From Treponema sp. (GTDB taxonomy: Bacteria > Spirochaetota > Spirochaetia > Treponematales > Breznakiellaceae): a stretch of DNA of 64,000 nucleotides. Location of the stretch: positions 4,489-68,488 of the forward strand of contig WQYB01000001.1 of NCBI GenBank assembly GCA_009781475.1. The letters are read 5' to 3'. Shown piece after piece: positions 29,225 to 38,984 of the stretch. Each line of letters opens with the position of its first letter. The stretch's first letter is position 1. The notes beneath the pieces were generated by a model that was given only the letters and a program-made list of their open reading frames with translations, was not told the DNA's origin and did no database searches. A program made the translations under genes and the position numbers.

Positions 29225-31843
29225 TCAGTGCGCGATTCTATTCCCAACACTTACAAATAACTTAACAACTTCTGAAATCGCCACAACACTCATGGCAAGT
29301 GCAAATATTTTTACCCATAATTCAAGCGGCAGGGGTACTGTATTAAAGACAGCGCCTGCAAATTGAATAATTAAAACTTGTAAAACAATTGTTACTGAGG
29401 TAATTATCAGCATTAATTTATTTTTTAAAAAGTTTTTAAAAATTGATGTTGTAAATAGTTCGCGGCAATTGAATGCGTTAAATAATGCAAATAGCGAAAA
29501 TAATGCGAAAATTACAGTACCAGCGTACTGTTCACCGGCTTGTAAAATATCAAATTTATGCTGTATTAACGAAATAGCTGAGATATATAAACCAGAAAGG
29601 ATAATGCGAACAAGTAATACCTTTGATAAAATATTTTCGCTTCGTTTAACGGGTTTCCTTTTCATTAAATCGCTATGAATTGGTTCCAAACCAAGAGAAA
29701 GAGCGGGCGGACCGTCCATGATGATATTTATCCATAAAAGGTGCAAAGCAGAAAGCGGCGATTTTAAACCAAGAAGGGTAGTGGAAACTAAAACCGTTAA
29801 AACAGCGGCAACATTTACCGTTAGCTGAAAACTTATAAAACGTTTAAAGTTTTCGTAAATACCCCTGCCCCAGCGGATTGCCTTTACAATTGTTGCAAAT
29901 GAATCGTCCAGTAAAACAATATCGCTTGCTTCTTTGGAAACATCAGTGCCTGCGATTCCCATTGCAATCCCGACATCGGCATTTTTAAGCGCAGGTGCAT
30001 CATTAATACCGTCTCCTGTAACAGCTACTACATTTCCTTGCATTTTTAAAAGATTTACGACGCGCATTTTAATCGTAGGAGTACTGCGCGCGATTACGGT
30101 GATAGTTTCCAGTTTTTGTAAAAGATCTTCGTCACAAAGCGCTTCTATTTCGCGCGCTTCAACTGCGACTCTGTTTTCTGACAAAATGCCAAGTTCTTTT
30201 GCAATTGCAGTTGCCGTTATTATGTTATCACCTGTAAGGATTTTAATTCCAACACCTGCCTGGCGGCACTGGTTTACAGCGTCAAATACATCGGCTCTAA
30301 GCGGGTCAGAAATTGCAGCAAACCCGTCGAATGTCATGGCGCTTTCTATAAATTGTTCGTTTTCAAACGCTTTTTGTTCATTGTTTCCTGTTAGTTGTTT
30401 ATGAGAGAATGCAATAATACGGCAGGCTTTTTTCTGCCAAACTGTAATTTGCTCTTCAATTTCAGCTTTTGTGTTTTCGTCGATATTACACATTGAAAAT
30501 ATTTTTTCAGGGCTTCCCTTGCTGTAAGCTGTAAAACTATCACCGTTTTGAATAATTGTAGTCATGTTTTTCTTTTCTGATGAAAATGGAAATACATGAG
30601 TTATATTGGTATTTTGCCTTACATCATTATAATCCCAGCCTGTCTTTGCCGAAGCTGCAAGCAAAGCGCACTCTGTGGGGTTGCCGATAAATAATCCGTC
30701 TTTGCCTATTTGCGCTGTGCTATTAACGCAGATATTCTGCAAAACAGTTTCGTTTTTAATTTCGCCGTTAACTGTCATTTTATTTTCTGTTAATGTTCCT
30801 GTTTTATCGGAACAAATTATATTTATGCAGCCGACAGTTTCCGATGCGATTATTTTTTTTACAAGGGCGTTTTGTTTTGAAAGTTTAATTATATTTAATG
30901 AAAGCGATACTGCTACAATTGTAGGAAGTCCTTCAGGAACAGCCGCTACAATTAAAACAATGCTTAATAAAAATGCATCGGTTATATTTTTAAATGTCAT
31001 TTCATCATTTACGATGAAAGAAATTAACTGAGATGCAAAAAATATACCAGCGGCAATTATACCTATAATCGCAATAAGTTTTCCCATTCTGCCAAGACGT
31101 TCCTGAAGCGGAGTAGTAGTTTTTTGCGTTCCTGACAATTCTTTCGCTATCTTTCCAAATTCTGTGTTAGAACCAACAGCAGTAACAAGAAGGTTTCCAA
31201 AACCATTTGTAATAAAAGTTCCGCTATACAGCATGTTAAGGCGTTCTGCTAATGGCGTTTTTTCGTCTGTTAAATTAACCATGGCATTTTTTTTTGCCGG
31301 AAGGCTTTCACCCGTTAAAGAAGATTCATCTGCAGCTAAATCTGTGCTTTCAAGTAATCTTCCGTCTGCCGGTATTTTATCACCGGTAGAGAGCAAAAGA
31401 ATGTCGCCTGTTACAATGTCGCGCTGGTTTAATATAACAGCATTTCCGTTACGTTTAGCTTTTACGACAATGTCATCGTTTATTTTATTTAGCGCCTCAA
31501 AGGCTTTTGCGCTTTTTCCTTCCATTGCGACAGTGATCCCAACAGAAAGTGAAATTGCGGTAAAAATCCCGATAACTTTTAGAACATCTGTTTCGCCGCC
31601 TGCTGCCGCATTGGCAATATTTACAAATAATGCGATAAAGGCTGCAAATACCAATAAAAGAATCATCGGTTCTGTAGCGGATGTCCAAATACGTTTTAAT
31701 AGTGATTCAGGTTTCGCGCATGTTAGTGCATTAGAGCCGTATTTTTCTTTGTTTTCCAGTACTTTTTCGTCGGTCAATCCTTTTAAAGGATCAACCCCAA
31801 GGTCTTCGGCTAATTTTGTTTTATCAATGATGAATTCGAGCAT
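29225..31843 (-). CDS. Calcium-translocating P-type ATPase (type II)
   Basis: LTGES, VPEGLP, DKTGTLT, TGDN, GDGINDAPAL, LWINIIMD. Confidence 0.95.
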   Translation of the reverse strand: MLEFIIDKTKLAEDLGVDPLKGLTDEKVLENKEKYGSNALTCAKPESLLKRIWTSATEPMILLLVFAAFIALFVNIANAAAGGETDVLKVIGIFTAISLSVGITVAMEGKSAKAFEALNKINDDIVVKAKRNGNAVILNQRDIVTGDILLLSTGDKIPADGRLLESTDLAADESSLTGESLPAKKNAMVNLTDEKTPLAERLNMLYSGTFITNGFGNLLVTAVGSNTEFGKIAKELSGTQKTTTPLQERLGRMGKLIAIIGIIAAGIFFASQLISFIVNDEMTFKNITDAFLLSIVLIVAAVPEGLPTIVAVSLSLNIIKLSKQNALVKKIIASETVGCINIICSDKTGTLTENKMTVNGEIKNETVLQNICVNSTAQIGKDGLFIGNPTECALLAASAKTGWDYNDVRQNTNITHVFPFSSEKKNMTTIIQNGDSFTAYSKGSPEKIFSMCNIDENTKAEIEEQITVWQKKACRIIAFSHKQLTGNNEQKAFENEQFIESAMTFDGFAAISDPLRADVFDAVNQCRQAGVGIKILTGDNIITATAIAKELGILSENRVAVEAREIEALCDEDLLQKLETITVIARSTPTIKMRVVNLLKMQGNVVAVTGDGINDAPALKNADVGIAMGIAGTDVSKEASDIVLLDDSFATIVKAIRWGRGIYENFKRFISFQLTVNVAAVLTVLVSTTLLGLKSPLSALHLLWINIIMDGPPALSLGLEPIHSDLMKRKPVKRSENILSKVLLVRIILSGLYISAISLIQHKFDILQAGEQYAGTVIFALFSLFALFNAFNCRELFTTSIFKNFLKNKLMLIITSVTIVLQVLIIQFAGAVFNTVPLPLELWVKIFALAMSVVAISEVVKLFVSVGNRIAH

Positions 31844-31869
31844 AAACCTCCAGGCAATAATTGAATTAT

Positions 31870-31960
31870 ATCACACGGAGGCACGGAGGCACAGAGGACA
31901 CGGATTAAAAGATGGATTTCTTAACATTATCCGCGAAAATTTGCGAAAATCCGCGGATAA
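31870..31960. repeat. Composite repeat element: left arm of one subtype, right arm of another
   Basis: ATCACACGGAGGCACGGAGGCACAGAGGACACGGA (31870-31904) and TATCCGCGAAAATTTGCGAAAATCCGCGGATAA (31928-31960). Confidence 0.8.
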
Positions 31961-31971
31961 TAACTTTACTA

Positions 31972-34173
31972 TTATTCAACCTTAAAGCGCGATACTTCTC
32001 TCATTAAATTTTCAATACCTTCGCGGTTTTTAATAGAAATTTCATTAACATGATGTACTGCAACATTTATCTGATCAGCGCCGGAAGCCATTTCGTTCAT
32101 GCCCGAAGTTATTTCCTGTGTTACTCTTTCCAGGTTTGTACTTTCAGCTATAACTTCCTTTGCACCGTCAAGCATTTCATTGGAGCCGCCCTTTACATTA
32201 CGGGTAATATCATTAACTTTTGTAACGCCGTCAAGAAGCTGTTTACTTCCTTCGGTCTGTTCTTCCATTGCGTTGCGGATAACATCTTCCTGTTCTGCTA
32301 CTGTTTTAACATTGGAGTCAATCGCTTCGAACTTGTTTAATACATTTTCTGTCGAGCGGGAAATCTTGTCGATAGATTCTTTTATCTTTTTAAGAACATT
32401 GCCGATTGTTTTGGACTGTTCGCCAGAGCTTTCTGCAAGTTTTCTGATTTCATCGGCGACAACGGCAAAACCTTTTCCGGCTTCTCCTGCGTGAGCCGCT
32501 TCAATTGCGGCGTTCATGGAAAGCAGGTTTGTCTGGCTTGCGATGTTTTCCATAACGGAGTTAATTTCCAAAAGACCTTCAGATTCGCGTGAGATTTCCT
32601 GAATATCGGAAGATACTTCAGAAAGACCGTTTCTGCCGACTTCGGAAGCATCTTTTAATCCTTTTACATTGGATGAGTTTTTCGTTAGTGTGTCGTTAAC
32701 AGAATTAATATTTGCAACCATTTCTTCAACTGCAGCGGACATTTGGGAAATATGAGTGCTTTGATCTTCAACATGACCGTTTAATTTATTTATATTTACA
32801 GTTACCTGCTCCATTGTGGCGTTTGTTTCTGTAACACTTGCGCTTTGGTTAATAACCCTGCCTTTGATGCTTTGAATGTTAGCTGTAATTTCGTTTACTG
32901 CCGCTGCGGTTTCATTCATGTTACTTGCAAGATCGCTTCCGATGTCTATAAGGATATTCGCTTCTTTTTTGATTATTAAAACAAGTTTTCTGATTTTTTC
33001 AAGCGTTTCGTTAAAGTAGTGGGAAAGATTTCCTATTTCGTCTTTTGAAGATGTTTTAATCCTCTTTGTTAAATCGCCTTCTCCTTCAGAAATATCCTTA
33101 AGCGTAAGCGCGACACTTACAATAGGTTTTACAATTCCTCTTGCGATTATATAGGTAATAATAGCCGAAGCAATAAGTATTGCTGCCGCAATTCCAATTA
33201 TTAATAATGTTAAGTTATGTATTGGTCTTAACATAATGTTTTCCGGAATACCTATTACAAGTGACCATGGAGTATCTATACCTGATATATTAATAGGGAA
33301 GTATATTAAATAAACATCTGTTTCAAGCATTTGAGAATAACGGGTTATTATTAGCGGTAGTCCGTCGTTAGTACCGTCGCTTATACCGCCGTTTCTGATT
33401 GATTGTATAACATTGGCATGCTGATCTCCCAAAAGAGTACGTTCAGTTTGATTTGTATTTATATTATCTCCAACCCTTGCATTATCATAATGTGCGACAA
33501 TCGTTCCATCGTTGGTATAAACGCCGGCAATCCCATTACCGTTGTAAACTTGTTCTACTATTTCATCTACTATTCCCTGCATTGCAGTAACATAGTTAAT
33601 GGAAACAACACCGACAACTCTGTCAGCATTGTTTCTGATAGGGTACATAATACTTACAATCGGAACTGTTCCAAGCCCAAATGTATCTCTCCATACGGGG
33701 GATTCAATTACTGGTTTGCCGTGTGTAGTTACATTTGTCAAGAATCCCTGCCATCCGTCATAACCTTCAGAAAAATAATCTACATTACCGGTTCTTCTGC
33801 GTGAATAATAATGCTGAAAATTATCAGTGCCCGAATCGATAGTACCCGGAAGCCATGCTGTCCAAATACCCATAATACGAGGGTTTGCGCTTATAATACT
33901 TTCCAAAAAGCCGGCATAGGTTGATCTGCGAAGGCTTTCTTCAGTGGATTCATATTCACCGAATATTTCAGAAAGGATAGATGCATAGGAGGTAAATACT
34001 TCAATACGTCTGCCTATTTCAATTGAATTTTCAGAAGCAAGAGCTTCAGCAAATAGATGAACTGTTTCAACTTGCAAATTTGTCGATTGGGTGATTGTAA
34101 TAATTGATAAAGTTAAAATAACTACCGTTATCATTGCAATGATAATAAGAGTGAGTCTGATTCTTAAACTCAT
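31972..34173 (-). CDS. Methyl-accepting chemotaxis protein (Cache-like sensor, HAMP, MCP signalling domain)
   Basis: [35 protein letters not shown]; EGEGDLT HAMP. Confidence 0.95.
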   Translation of the reverse strand: MSLRIRLTLIIIAMITVVILTLSIITITQSTNLQVETVHLFAEALASENSIEIGRRIEVFTSYASILSEIFGEYESTEESLRRSTYAGFLESIISANPRIMGIWTAWLPGTIDSGTDNFQHYYSRRRTGNVDYFSEGYDGWQGFLTNVTTHGKPVIESPVWRDTFGLGTVPIVSIMYPIRNNADRVVGVVSINYVTAMQGIVDEIVEQVYNGNGIAGVYTNDGTIVAHYDNARVGDNINTNQTERTLLGDQHANVIQSIRNGGISDGTNDGLPLIITRYSQMLETDVYLIYFPINISGIDTPWSLVIGIPENIMLRPIHNLTLLIIGIAAAILIASAIITYIIARGIVKPIVSVALTLKDISEGEGDLTKRIKTSSKDEIGNLSHYFNETLEKIRKLVLIIKKEANILIDIGSDLASNMNETAAAVNEITANIQSIKGRVINQSASVTETNATMEQVTVNINKLNGHVEDQSTHISQMSAAVEEMVANINSVNDTLTKNSSNVKGLKDASEVGRNGLSEVSSDIQEISRESEGLLEINSVMENIASQTNLLSMNAAIEAAHAGEAGKGFAVVADEIRKLAESSGEQSKTIGNVLKKIKESIDKISRSTENVLNKFEAIDSNVKTVAEQEDVIRNAMEEQTEGSKQLLDGVTKVNDITRNVKGGSNEMLDGAKEVIAESTNLERVTQEITSGMNEMASGADQINVAVHHVNEISIKNREGIENLMREVSRFKVE

Positions 34174-34206
34174 GAGGTTCCTCCGGAAAACTATGCTTCT
34201 AATAGA

Positions 34207-34234
34207 ATTCTAACAAATAATAAGTATTTGTCAA
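34207..34234 (-). promoter_or_regulatory. sigma70-type promoter of MCP gene, TTGACA-16-TAGAAT (extended -10)
   Basis: Minus strand TTGACA aatacttattatttgt TAGAAT; RBS GGAGG before the ATG. Confidence 0.65.
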
Positions 34235-34359
34235 TCGATAATAGGAAAATAATATTGTTATATCTAAATAATTAATAGAATTTTAACATAAATTGTACAA
34301 AAGGGTGAAAAATGCGATGAAAATTACAAGAAGTTCATAAATACAATAATTAACCACAA

Positions 34360-34386
34360 TCCAGCACCTAAAACTTAGGTGCTGGA
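34360..34386 (-). terminator. Probable terminator hairpin downstream of argG
   Basis: Perfect 12-bp stem TCCAGCACCTAA/TTAGGTGCTGGA; U-tract weak. Confidence 0.6.
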
Positions 34387-34397
34387 CAAGCCTGGTA

Positions 34398-35681
34398 TTA
34401 CTTCTTAGAAGTTTTTTTCTTACCTGAAGCTGATTTCGGCTTTGCAGCTGACGCTGAAGCAGAAGATTTTACACTATTTTTCTTACCATTATGTGAAAGC
34501 GATCTTACCAGTACAGGAAGAGCGTAAAGTTTTACAAAACCTTTTGCGTCTGCAAGACTGTAATGTTCTCCTGTTGTAAAACTTGCAAGGTTTGAATTGT
34601 AAAGTGAATTGGGAGAAGTAATACCTGCTGCGCTGATAGAACCTTTGTAAAGTTTTAATTTTACCTTGCCGTTTACAACCTGCTGTGTTACGTCAACAAA
34701 TGAAGACAGAGCTTGCCTTAATGGGGAGTGCCAATGACCATTGTAAATCATTTCACCCATTTTAATGGAAGTTTGCTGTTTAAAAACAAAAGTCTGCCTG
34801 TCAAGACAAAGGTGTTCAAGTTGTTTGTGTGCATAATAAAGAATTGCAGCTCCCGGAGCTTCGTATACACCGCGGCATTTAATTCCGATAACACGGTTTT
34901 CGATTAAATCTGTAATGCCGATGCCGTTAGCTCCGCCGATTTTATTTAAAGAGTTGATTAATGCAAGCCCTTCCATTTTTTTGCCGTTAAGTCCAACCGG
35001 TATGCCGTTTTCAAATTCGATTTCTACATATACGGGCGAATTAGGCGCTTTTTCAGGAGTTACCGTCATGGAAAGCAATTTTCTGTATGAAGGTTCATTT
35101 GCAGGATCTTCAAGGTCTAATCCTTCATGTGAAACATGCCATAAACTGTCGTCTATGCTGTAGGAGTTTTTCTTTTTTTGCGGAAGAGGAAGATTTCTTC
35201 TGGAAAGGTATCTTACCTGATCCTGTCTTGTTTTTAATTTCCAGATACGCCAGGGAGCGATAATTTCCAAATCCGGAGCCAAAGCCATGATACCAAGGTC
35301 TAATCTTACCTGATCATTTCCTTTACCTGTCGCTCCGTGAGCGATAGCTGTTGCTTTTTCTTTACGCGCAAATTCGACCAATACTTTTGTTATAAGCGCT
35401 CTTGCGGTGCTAGCTCCTAAAAGATATTTATCTTCGTAAACGGCTCCTGCTTTTAAAGTCTGCCAGATATATTCTTCTACATATTCTTTTTTCATGTCGG
35501 CTATATGACAAATACTAGCACCTGCTTTCGCGGCGCGTTTTGTAATATCTTTCCAGTCAGCGGTTTGTCCGATGTCAACACATACGGCGATTACTTCGCA
35601 ATCCTGATTTTCTATTAACCAGGGGATACACACAGTAGTATCCAAGCCGCCTGAATAGGCTAGAACAACTTTCTTTTTCAT
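34398..35681 (-). CDS. argG: Argininosuccinate synthase
   Basis: LAYSGGLDT, HGATGKGNDQVR, IENR, RGVYE; Lys/Ser-rich C-terminal tail. Confidence 0.92.
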   Translation of the reverse strand: MKKKVVLAYSGGLDTTVCIPWLIENQDCEVIAVCVDIGQTADWKDITKRAAKAGASICHIADMKKEYVEEYIWQTLKAGAVYEDKYLLGASTARALITKVLVEFARKEKATAIAHGATGKGNDQVRLDLGIMALAPDLEIIAPWRIWKLKTRQDQVRYLSRRNLPLPQKKKNSYSIDDSLWHVSHEGLDLEDPANEPSYRKLLSMTVTPEKAPNSPVYVEIEFENGIPVGLNGKKMEGLALINSLNKIGGANGIGITDLIENRVIGIKCRGVYEAPGAAILYYAHKQLEHLCLDRQTFVFKQQTSIKMGEMIYNGHWHSPLRQALSSFVDVTQQVVNGKVKLKLYKGSISAAGITSPNSLYNSNLASFTTGEHYSLADAKGFVKLYALPVLVRSLSHNGKKNSVKSSASASAAKPKSASGKKKTSKK

Positions 35682-35811
35682 TATAGAGACTCCTTTAAAA
35701 TATTTAATTGTTATTTTGTAATTATCTGAAATTTAAGCCTAATATACAAGTCAAAATGCTGTTTTTAATGATTTTAAGCGTTTTTTTCCCGTTTTTTTGA
35801 TGAATTTGCAT

Positions 35812-35838
35812 AAAAAAAGCGCTAAATTGCTTTAGCGC
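35812..35838 (-). terminator. Rho-independent terminator of the OMP gene
   Basis: Minus strand GCGCTAAA-gcaa-TTTAGCGC followed by T7. Confidence 0.85.
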
Positions 35839-35862
35839 ATGTAAAAACTGCTTTGTTAATAA

Positions 35863-36486
35863 TTAAAAATTAAAGCCGATCGCCGCTCTGATTTGAATAC
35901 CGTGACCCATTTTTCTATTTTCATCAAAAAGTTGTGCTATATCTTTTTCAAACTTATTATTAAGCCTGAGTCCATAAAGAGCAGTACCTCTTATGTACAT
36001 GCCTCCGCCTAATGAAAAATCTAAACCACCGCCAAGTCTAAACCATAATGCACTTAGATCACCTGCATCATTTGCATTAATTCCTGCCATTTTTGCAGAA
36101 AGAACCAATTGATATTCAATTCCCGCAGCAGGGAATACAGTTAAAAAACCTAAATCAATAGGATATTTTCCAAGTAAACTAAAAAATAAACTTGTTGTAT
36201 TAAAATCAACTGAGGCTGAGCCAAACCCTGGAATTGTAACTTTCATATCGCCGGGATTATAAAGAAAACCAACTGATGCTTCTATATAAGTAAGATCAAT
36301 AAATCCAAAAGCTCCAATACTAAACGATGGAAATTCTGTTCTTTCAGGAAGAATACCTTTTTCTTCTAAACCACCGCCAAAGTTATAACCTAAAACCGCT
36401 CCGCCGCCTGCGCTCATATCAAACGCAAATGCTCCTCCTGCAACAAGAGCTGCAAGAATTAATACCAATAAACCTTTCTTTAACAT
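35863..36486 (-). CDS. Putative 8-stranded outer-membrane beta-barrel protein
   Basis: Signal peptide ending AFA, alternating amphipathic strands, C-terminal AAIGFNF; strong RBS AAGGGAG. Confidence 0.75.
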   Translation of the reverse strand: MLKKGLLVLILAALVAGGAFAFDMSAGGGAVLGYNFGGGLEEKGILPERTEFPSFSIGAFGFIDLTYIEASVGFLYNPGDMKVTIPGFGSASVDFNTTSLFFSLLGKYPIDLGFLTVFPAAGIEYQLVLSAKMAGINANDAGDLSALWFRLGGGLDFSLGGGMYIRGTALYGLRLNNKFEKDIAQLFDENRKMGHGIQIRAAIGFNF

Positions 36487-36530
36487 TTGTGTCTCCCTTA
36501 CTTTGTTTTGTTTGGAAAATCCTTAAAAAC

Positions 36531-36711
36531 TGCTACATTTATACCACCGTTTAAATGCAGCAGTCAGTGTTTTTTAGGATAAACCTGTATTACATTATTT
36601 TATCTTACTTCCTTCAATATATGCAAGTTTAAAAAAGGATATTTTTACTTAATTTTTTCACTTTTCTTTTCATTATTTTTGCTTCATTTAAACGGTGGTT
36701 TATTTATAGCA
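36531..36711. other. Pair of inverted recombination-site-like sequences flanking the OMP promoter (candidate invertible promoter)
   Basis: TGCTACATTTAT-ACCACCGT-TTAAATGCAGCA (36531-36562) and TGCTTCATTTAA-ACGGTGGT-TTATTTATAGCA (36680-36711); cores are exact reverse complements. Confidence 0.6.
36597..36626 (-). promoter_or_regulatory. Putative OMP promoter TTGCAT-18-TAAAAT with A-rich upstream element
   Basis: Minus-strand hexamers; the infC promoter in this window has the same 18-nt spacer and TAAAAT. Confidence 0.55.
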
Positions 36712-36754
36712 ATTGGGTGATCTAATACAAAAGTGCCGATACTGTATAATAGGC

Positions 36755-37837
36755 ATGAAAAAGACTGTCAAAAAGAAGAAAACAACAGTTAAAAAACCGG
36801 GAAAACGCAAAAAAGGCGTTTTTTCTGACGCTATACGGGCATTTTTACTGGTAGGTCTAATAGTACTAATCGCTGCCGGTGTTTCAGCTATTATCATTTC
36901 ATTAATGGTGACTGACACCACCGTTGTAGCCGAATCAACACCTCCTGAGGTGACTGACACTGTGATTGACACCATTGTGACCACACCAGTTCCAACTCCT
37001 ACACCAACTCCCACACCTACTGAGATTATTACTATTGTGACGCCGACACCCACACCAACACCTACGCCTACACCTACGCTCACGCCGACACCCACACCTA
37101 CGCCCACACCGACTCCCGCACCTAATCGCGCCAATAACACAACAAGCGCTGTAGTGCAAAGACCTGCCGAACATAAGGGTTATCTTGTTTTTGTTATTGA
37201 TGATGCAGGGAACAATCTAAGAGAGCTGGAGCCGTTTTTACGTGTGCCCGGTCCTTTAACAATAGCAGTTTTACCGGGTCTGCCGTATTCTGAGGAAGCT
37301 GCAAGGCGTATAAGAGCGGCAGGCAAGGAAGTAATTTTGCATCAGCCGATGGAAGCAATCGGTGCGCAAGATCCGGGTCCCGGAGCAATTTATTCGGGGA
37401 TGAGCGAAGATGAAATAAGATCGATATTAGCGCGGAATATTGCAGAAATTGGACCTGTAGCAGGAATTAATAATCATCAAGGATCTAAAATTACAATGGA
37501 TGCAGAAATAATGAAGATTATATTATCATTTTGCGCGGATAATAGAATTTATTTTCTGGATTCAAGAACAACTGCAGATTCCGCCGCCGCTTCTGTAGCA
37601 AGAGAAATGGGAATTAAAATTGCAGAAAGAAATATTTTTATAGACAATGAACAAAATAAAGACGCAATGCTTCGTTATATATCAAACGGTCTTACAAGAG
37701 CGCAAAGAAACGGAAGCGCCATATTCATAGGTCACACATGGTCACCGGATTTGGCTCCGCTGCTTACAGAACAATTTGCGCTTTACAAAGAACAAGGTTA
37801 TACCATGCTTACAGTTTCTGATATACTCAAACAATGA
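36755..37837 (+). CDS. Divergent polysaccharide deacetylase (YibQ-like) with basic N-terminus, TM anchor and Pro-Thr linker
   Basis: VIDDAG, ILHQPME, GINNHQGS, FLDSRT, RNIFIDN, IGH. Confidence 0.9.
   Translation: MKKTVKKKKTTVKKPGKRKKGVFSDAIRAFLLVGLIVLIAAGVSAIIISLMVTDTTVVAESTPPEVTDTVIDTIVTTPVPTPTPTPTPTEIITIVTPTPTPTPTPTPTLTPTPTPTPTPTPAPNRANNTTSAVVQRPAEHKGYLVFVIDDAGNNLRELEPFLRVPGPLTIAVLPGLPYSEEAARRIRAAGKEVILHQPMEAIGAQDPGPGAIYSGMSEDEIRSILARNIAEIGPVAGINNHQGSKITMDAEIMKIILSFCADNRIYFLDSRTTADSAAASVAREMGIKIAERNIFIDNEQNKDAMLRYISNGLTRAQRNGSAIFIGHTWSPDLAPLLTEQFALYKEQGYTMLTVSDILKQ
36983..37123 (+). repeat. (Pro-Thr)n coding linker repeat
   Basis: Degenerate ACNCCN hexamer repeats encoding TPTPTP... in two blocks. 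Confidence 0.9.
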
Positions 37838-38859
37838 CAGTTCTTGGTATAGAAACTTCCTGTGATGAATGTGCCGCCGCAGTTGTCAAAGACGGCGAGA
37901 TAATACTTTCAAATGTAATTGCCACTCAAATACCGTATCATGCAAAGTGGAACGGAGTAGTTCCCGAACTTGCAAGCCGTAAACATGTTGAATGGATATA
38001 CGCAGTAACAAAAGAAGCATTGGATAAAGCATTGTTAAATGTAAGTGATATCGATGCAGTTGCTGTTACAAGCCAGCCCGGTTTATTCGGCTCCCTTTTG
38101 GTAGGTCTTTCATTTGCAAAAGCATTTGTTTGGTCACAAAACATTCCGTATATTGCAGTTGATCATATGTTAGCTCATCTGTATGCGCCGCGTTTAATAA
38201 CAGAAAATAATAGCGAAATACCAGAATATCCTTTTTTAGGGCTTTTGGTTTCCGGAGGACATACAATTATCTGCCGCGCTGATAATTTTGATGATATAAA
38301 AGTTTTAGGAACCACAATCGATGATGCTGCAGGCGAAGCATTTGATAAAATTGCCAAATATTATAATTTCGGATATCCCGGCGGAGCCGTTATCGATAAA
38401 ATGGCGCGTAATGGTAATAGCGAAGCCTTTCGCTTTCCAATGCCGTCTTTACATAAAGGTAACCATCGTTATGATGTTTCGTATTCCGGTATTAAAAATG
38501 CCGTTATAAACCAGCTTGATACTTTTAAAAAGGTACAAGATTTTACAAACGAAGATATAGCAGCTTCTTTTCAAAAAACTGCCGTGGAAATTCTTTTACG
38601 CGCTCTTTTAAATGCTGTTGAAGATACCGGCATTACAACAATTGTTGCAGGGGGGGGAGTAGCGGCAAACAGTTACCTTCGATCACGTCTTGCCGCACAA
38701 TCAAACCTTCGCTGCATCTTTCCTCCCCTTGAACTTTGCGGTGATAATGCCGCAATGATTGCAGGAATTGGTTATCATTACCTTAAAAGGGGTGAATCTT
38801 CACCGCTTGACCTGGCTGCTTCATCAAGAGTAAGCGGATTTAAGAAAAAATACCCCTGA
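37834..38859 (+). CDS. tsaD: tRNA N6-adenosine threonylcarbamoyltransferase
   Basis: GIETSCDE, GVVPELASRKH, HMLAH, VSGGHT, DDAAGEAFDK, GGVAAN, DNAAMI. Confidence 0.97.
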   Translation: MTVLGIETSCDECAAAVVKDGEIILSNVIATQIPYHAKWNGVVPELASRKHVEWIYAVTKEALDKALLNVSDIDAVAVTSQPGLFGSLLVGLSFAKAFVWSQNIPYIAVDHMLAHLYAPRLITENNSEIPEYPFLGLLVSGGHTIICRADNFDDIKVLGTTIDDAAGEAFDKIAKYYNFGYPGGAVIDKMARNGNSEAFRFPMPSLHKGNHRYDVSYSGIKNAVINQLDTFKKVQDFTNEDIAASFQKTAVEILLRALLNAVEDTGITTIVAGGGVAANSYLRSRLAAQSNLRCIFPPLELCGDNAAMIAGIGYHYLKRGESSPLDLAASSRVSGFKKKYP

Positions 38860-38984
38860 CGTGTATTAAATATCGACATTATTTATTAATATAAACCATT
38901 GAAATAACTAAAAATCCCTGTTAATATGTTAAATCGCAGTAAATAGCGTTTTATTATTATTTTTATCAGAAAGGGAGGGTTTTA

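Noticed and set aside
36917-36924. Third ACCACCGT core
   Set aside because: Lies in coding sequence without the flanking dyad arms; consistent with chance.
36700-37174. Antisense ORFs with GVGVGV or RCGRRC repeats
   Set aside because: Shadows of the Pro-Thr linker on the opposite strand.
38650-38657. G8 tract in tsaD as a phase-variation site
   Set aside because: It encodes the conserved AGGGVAAN motif in frame in a housekeeping gene.
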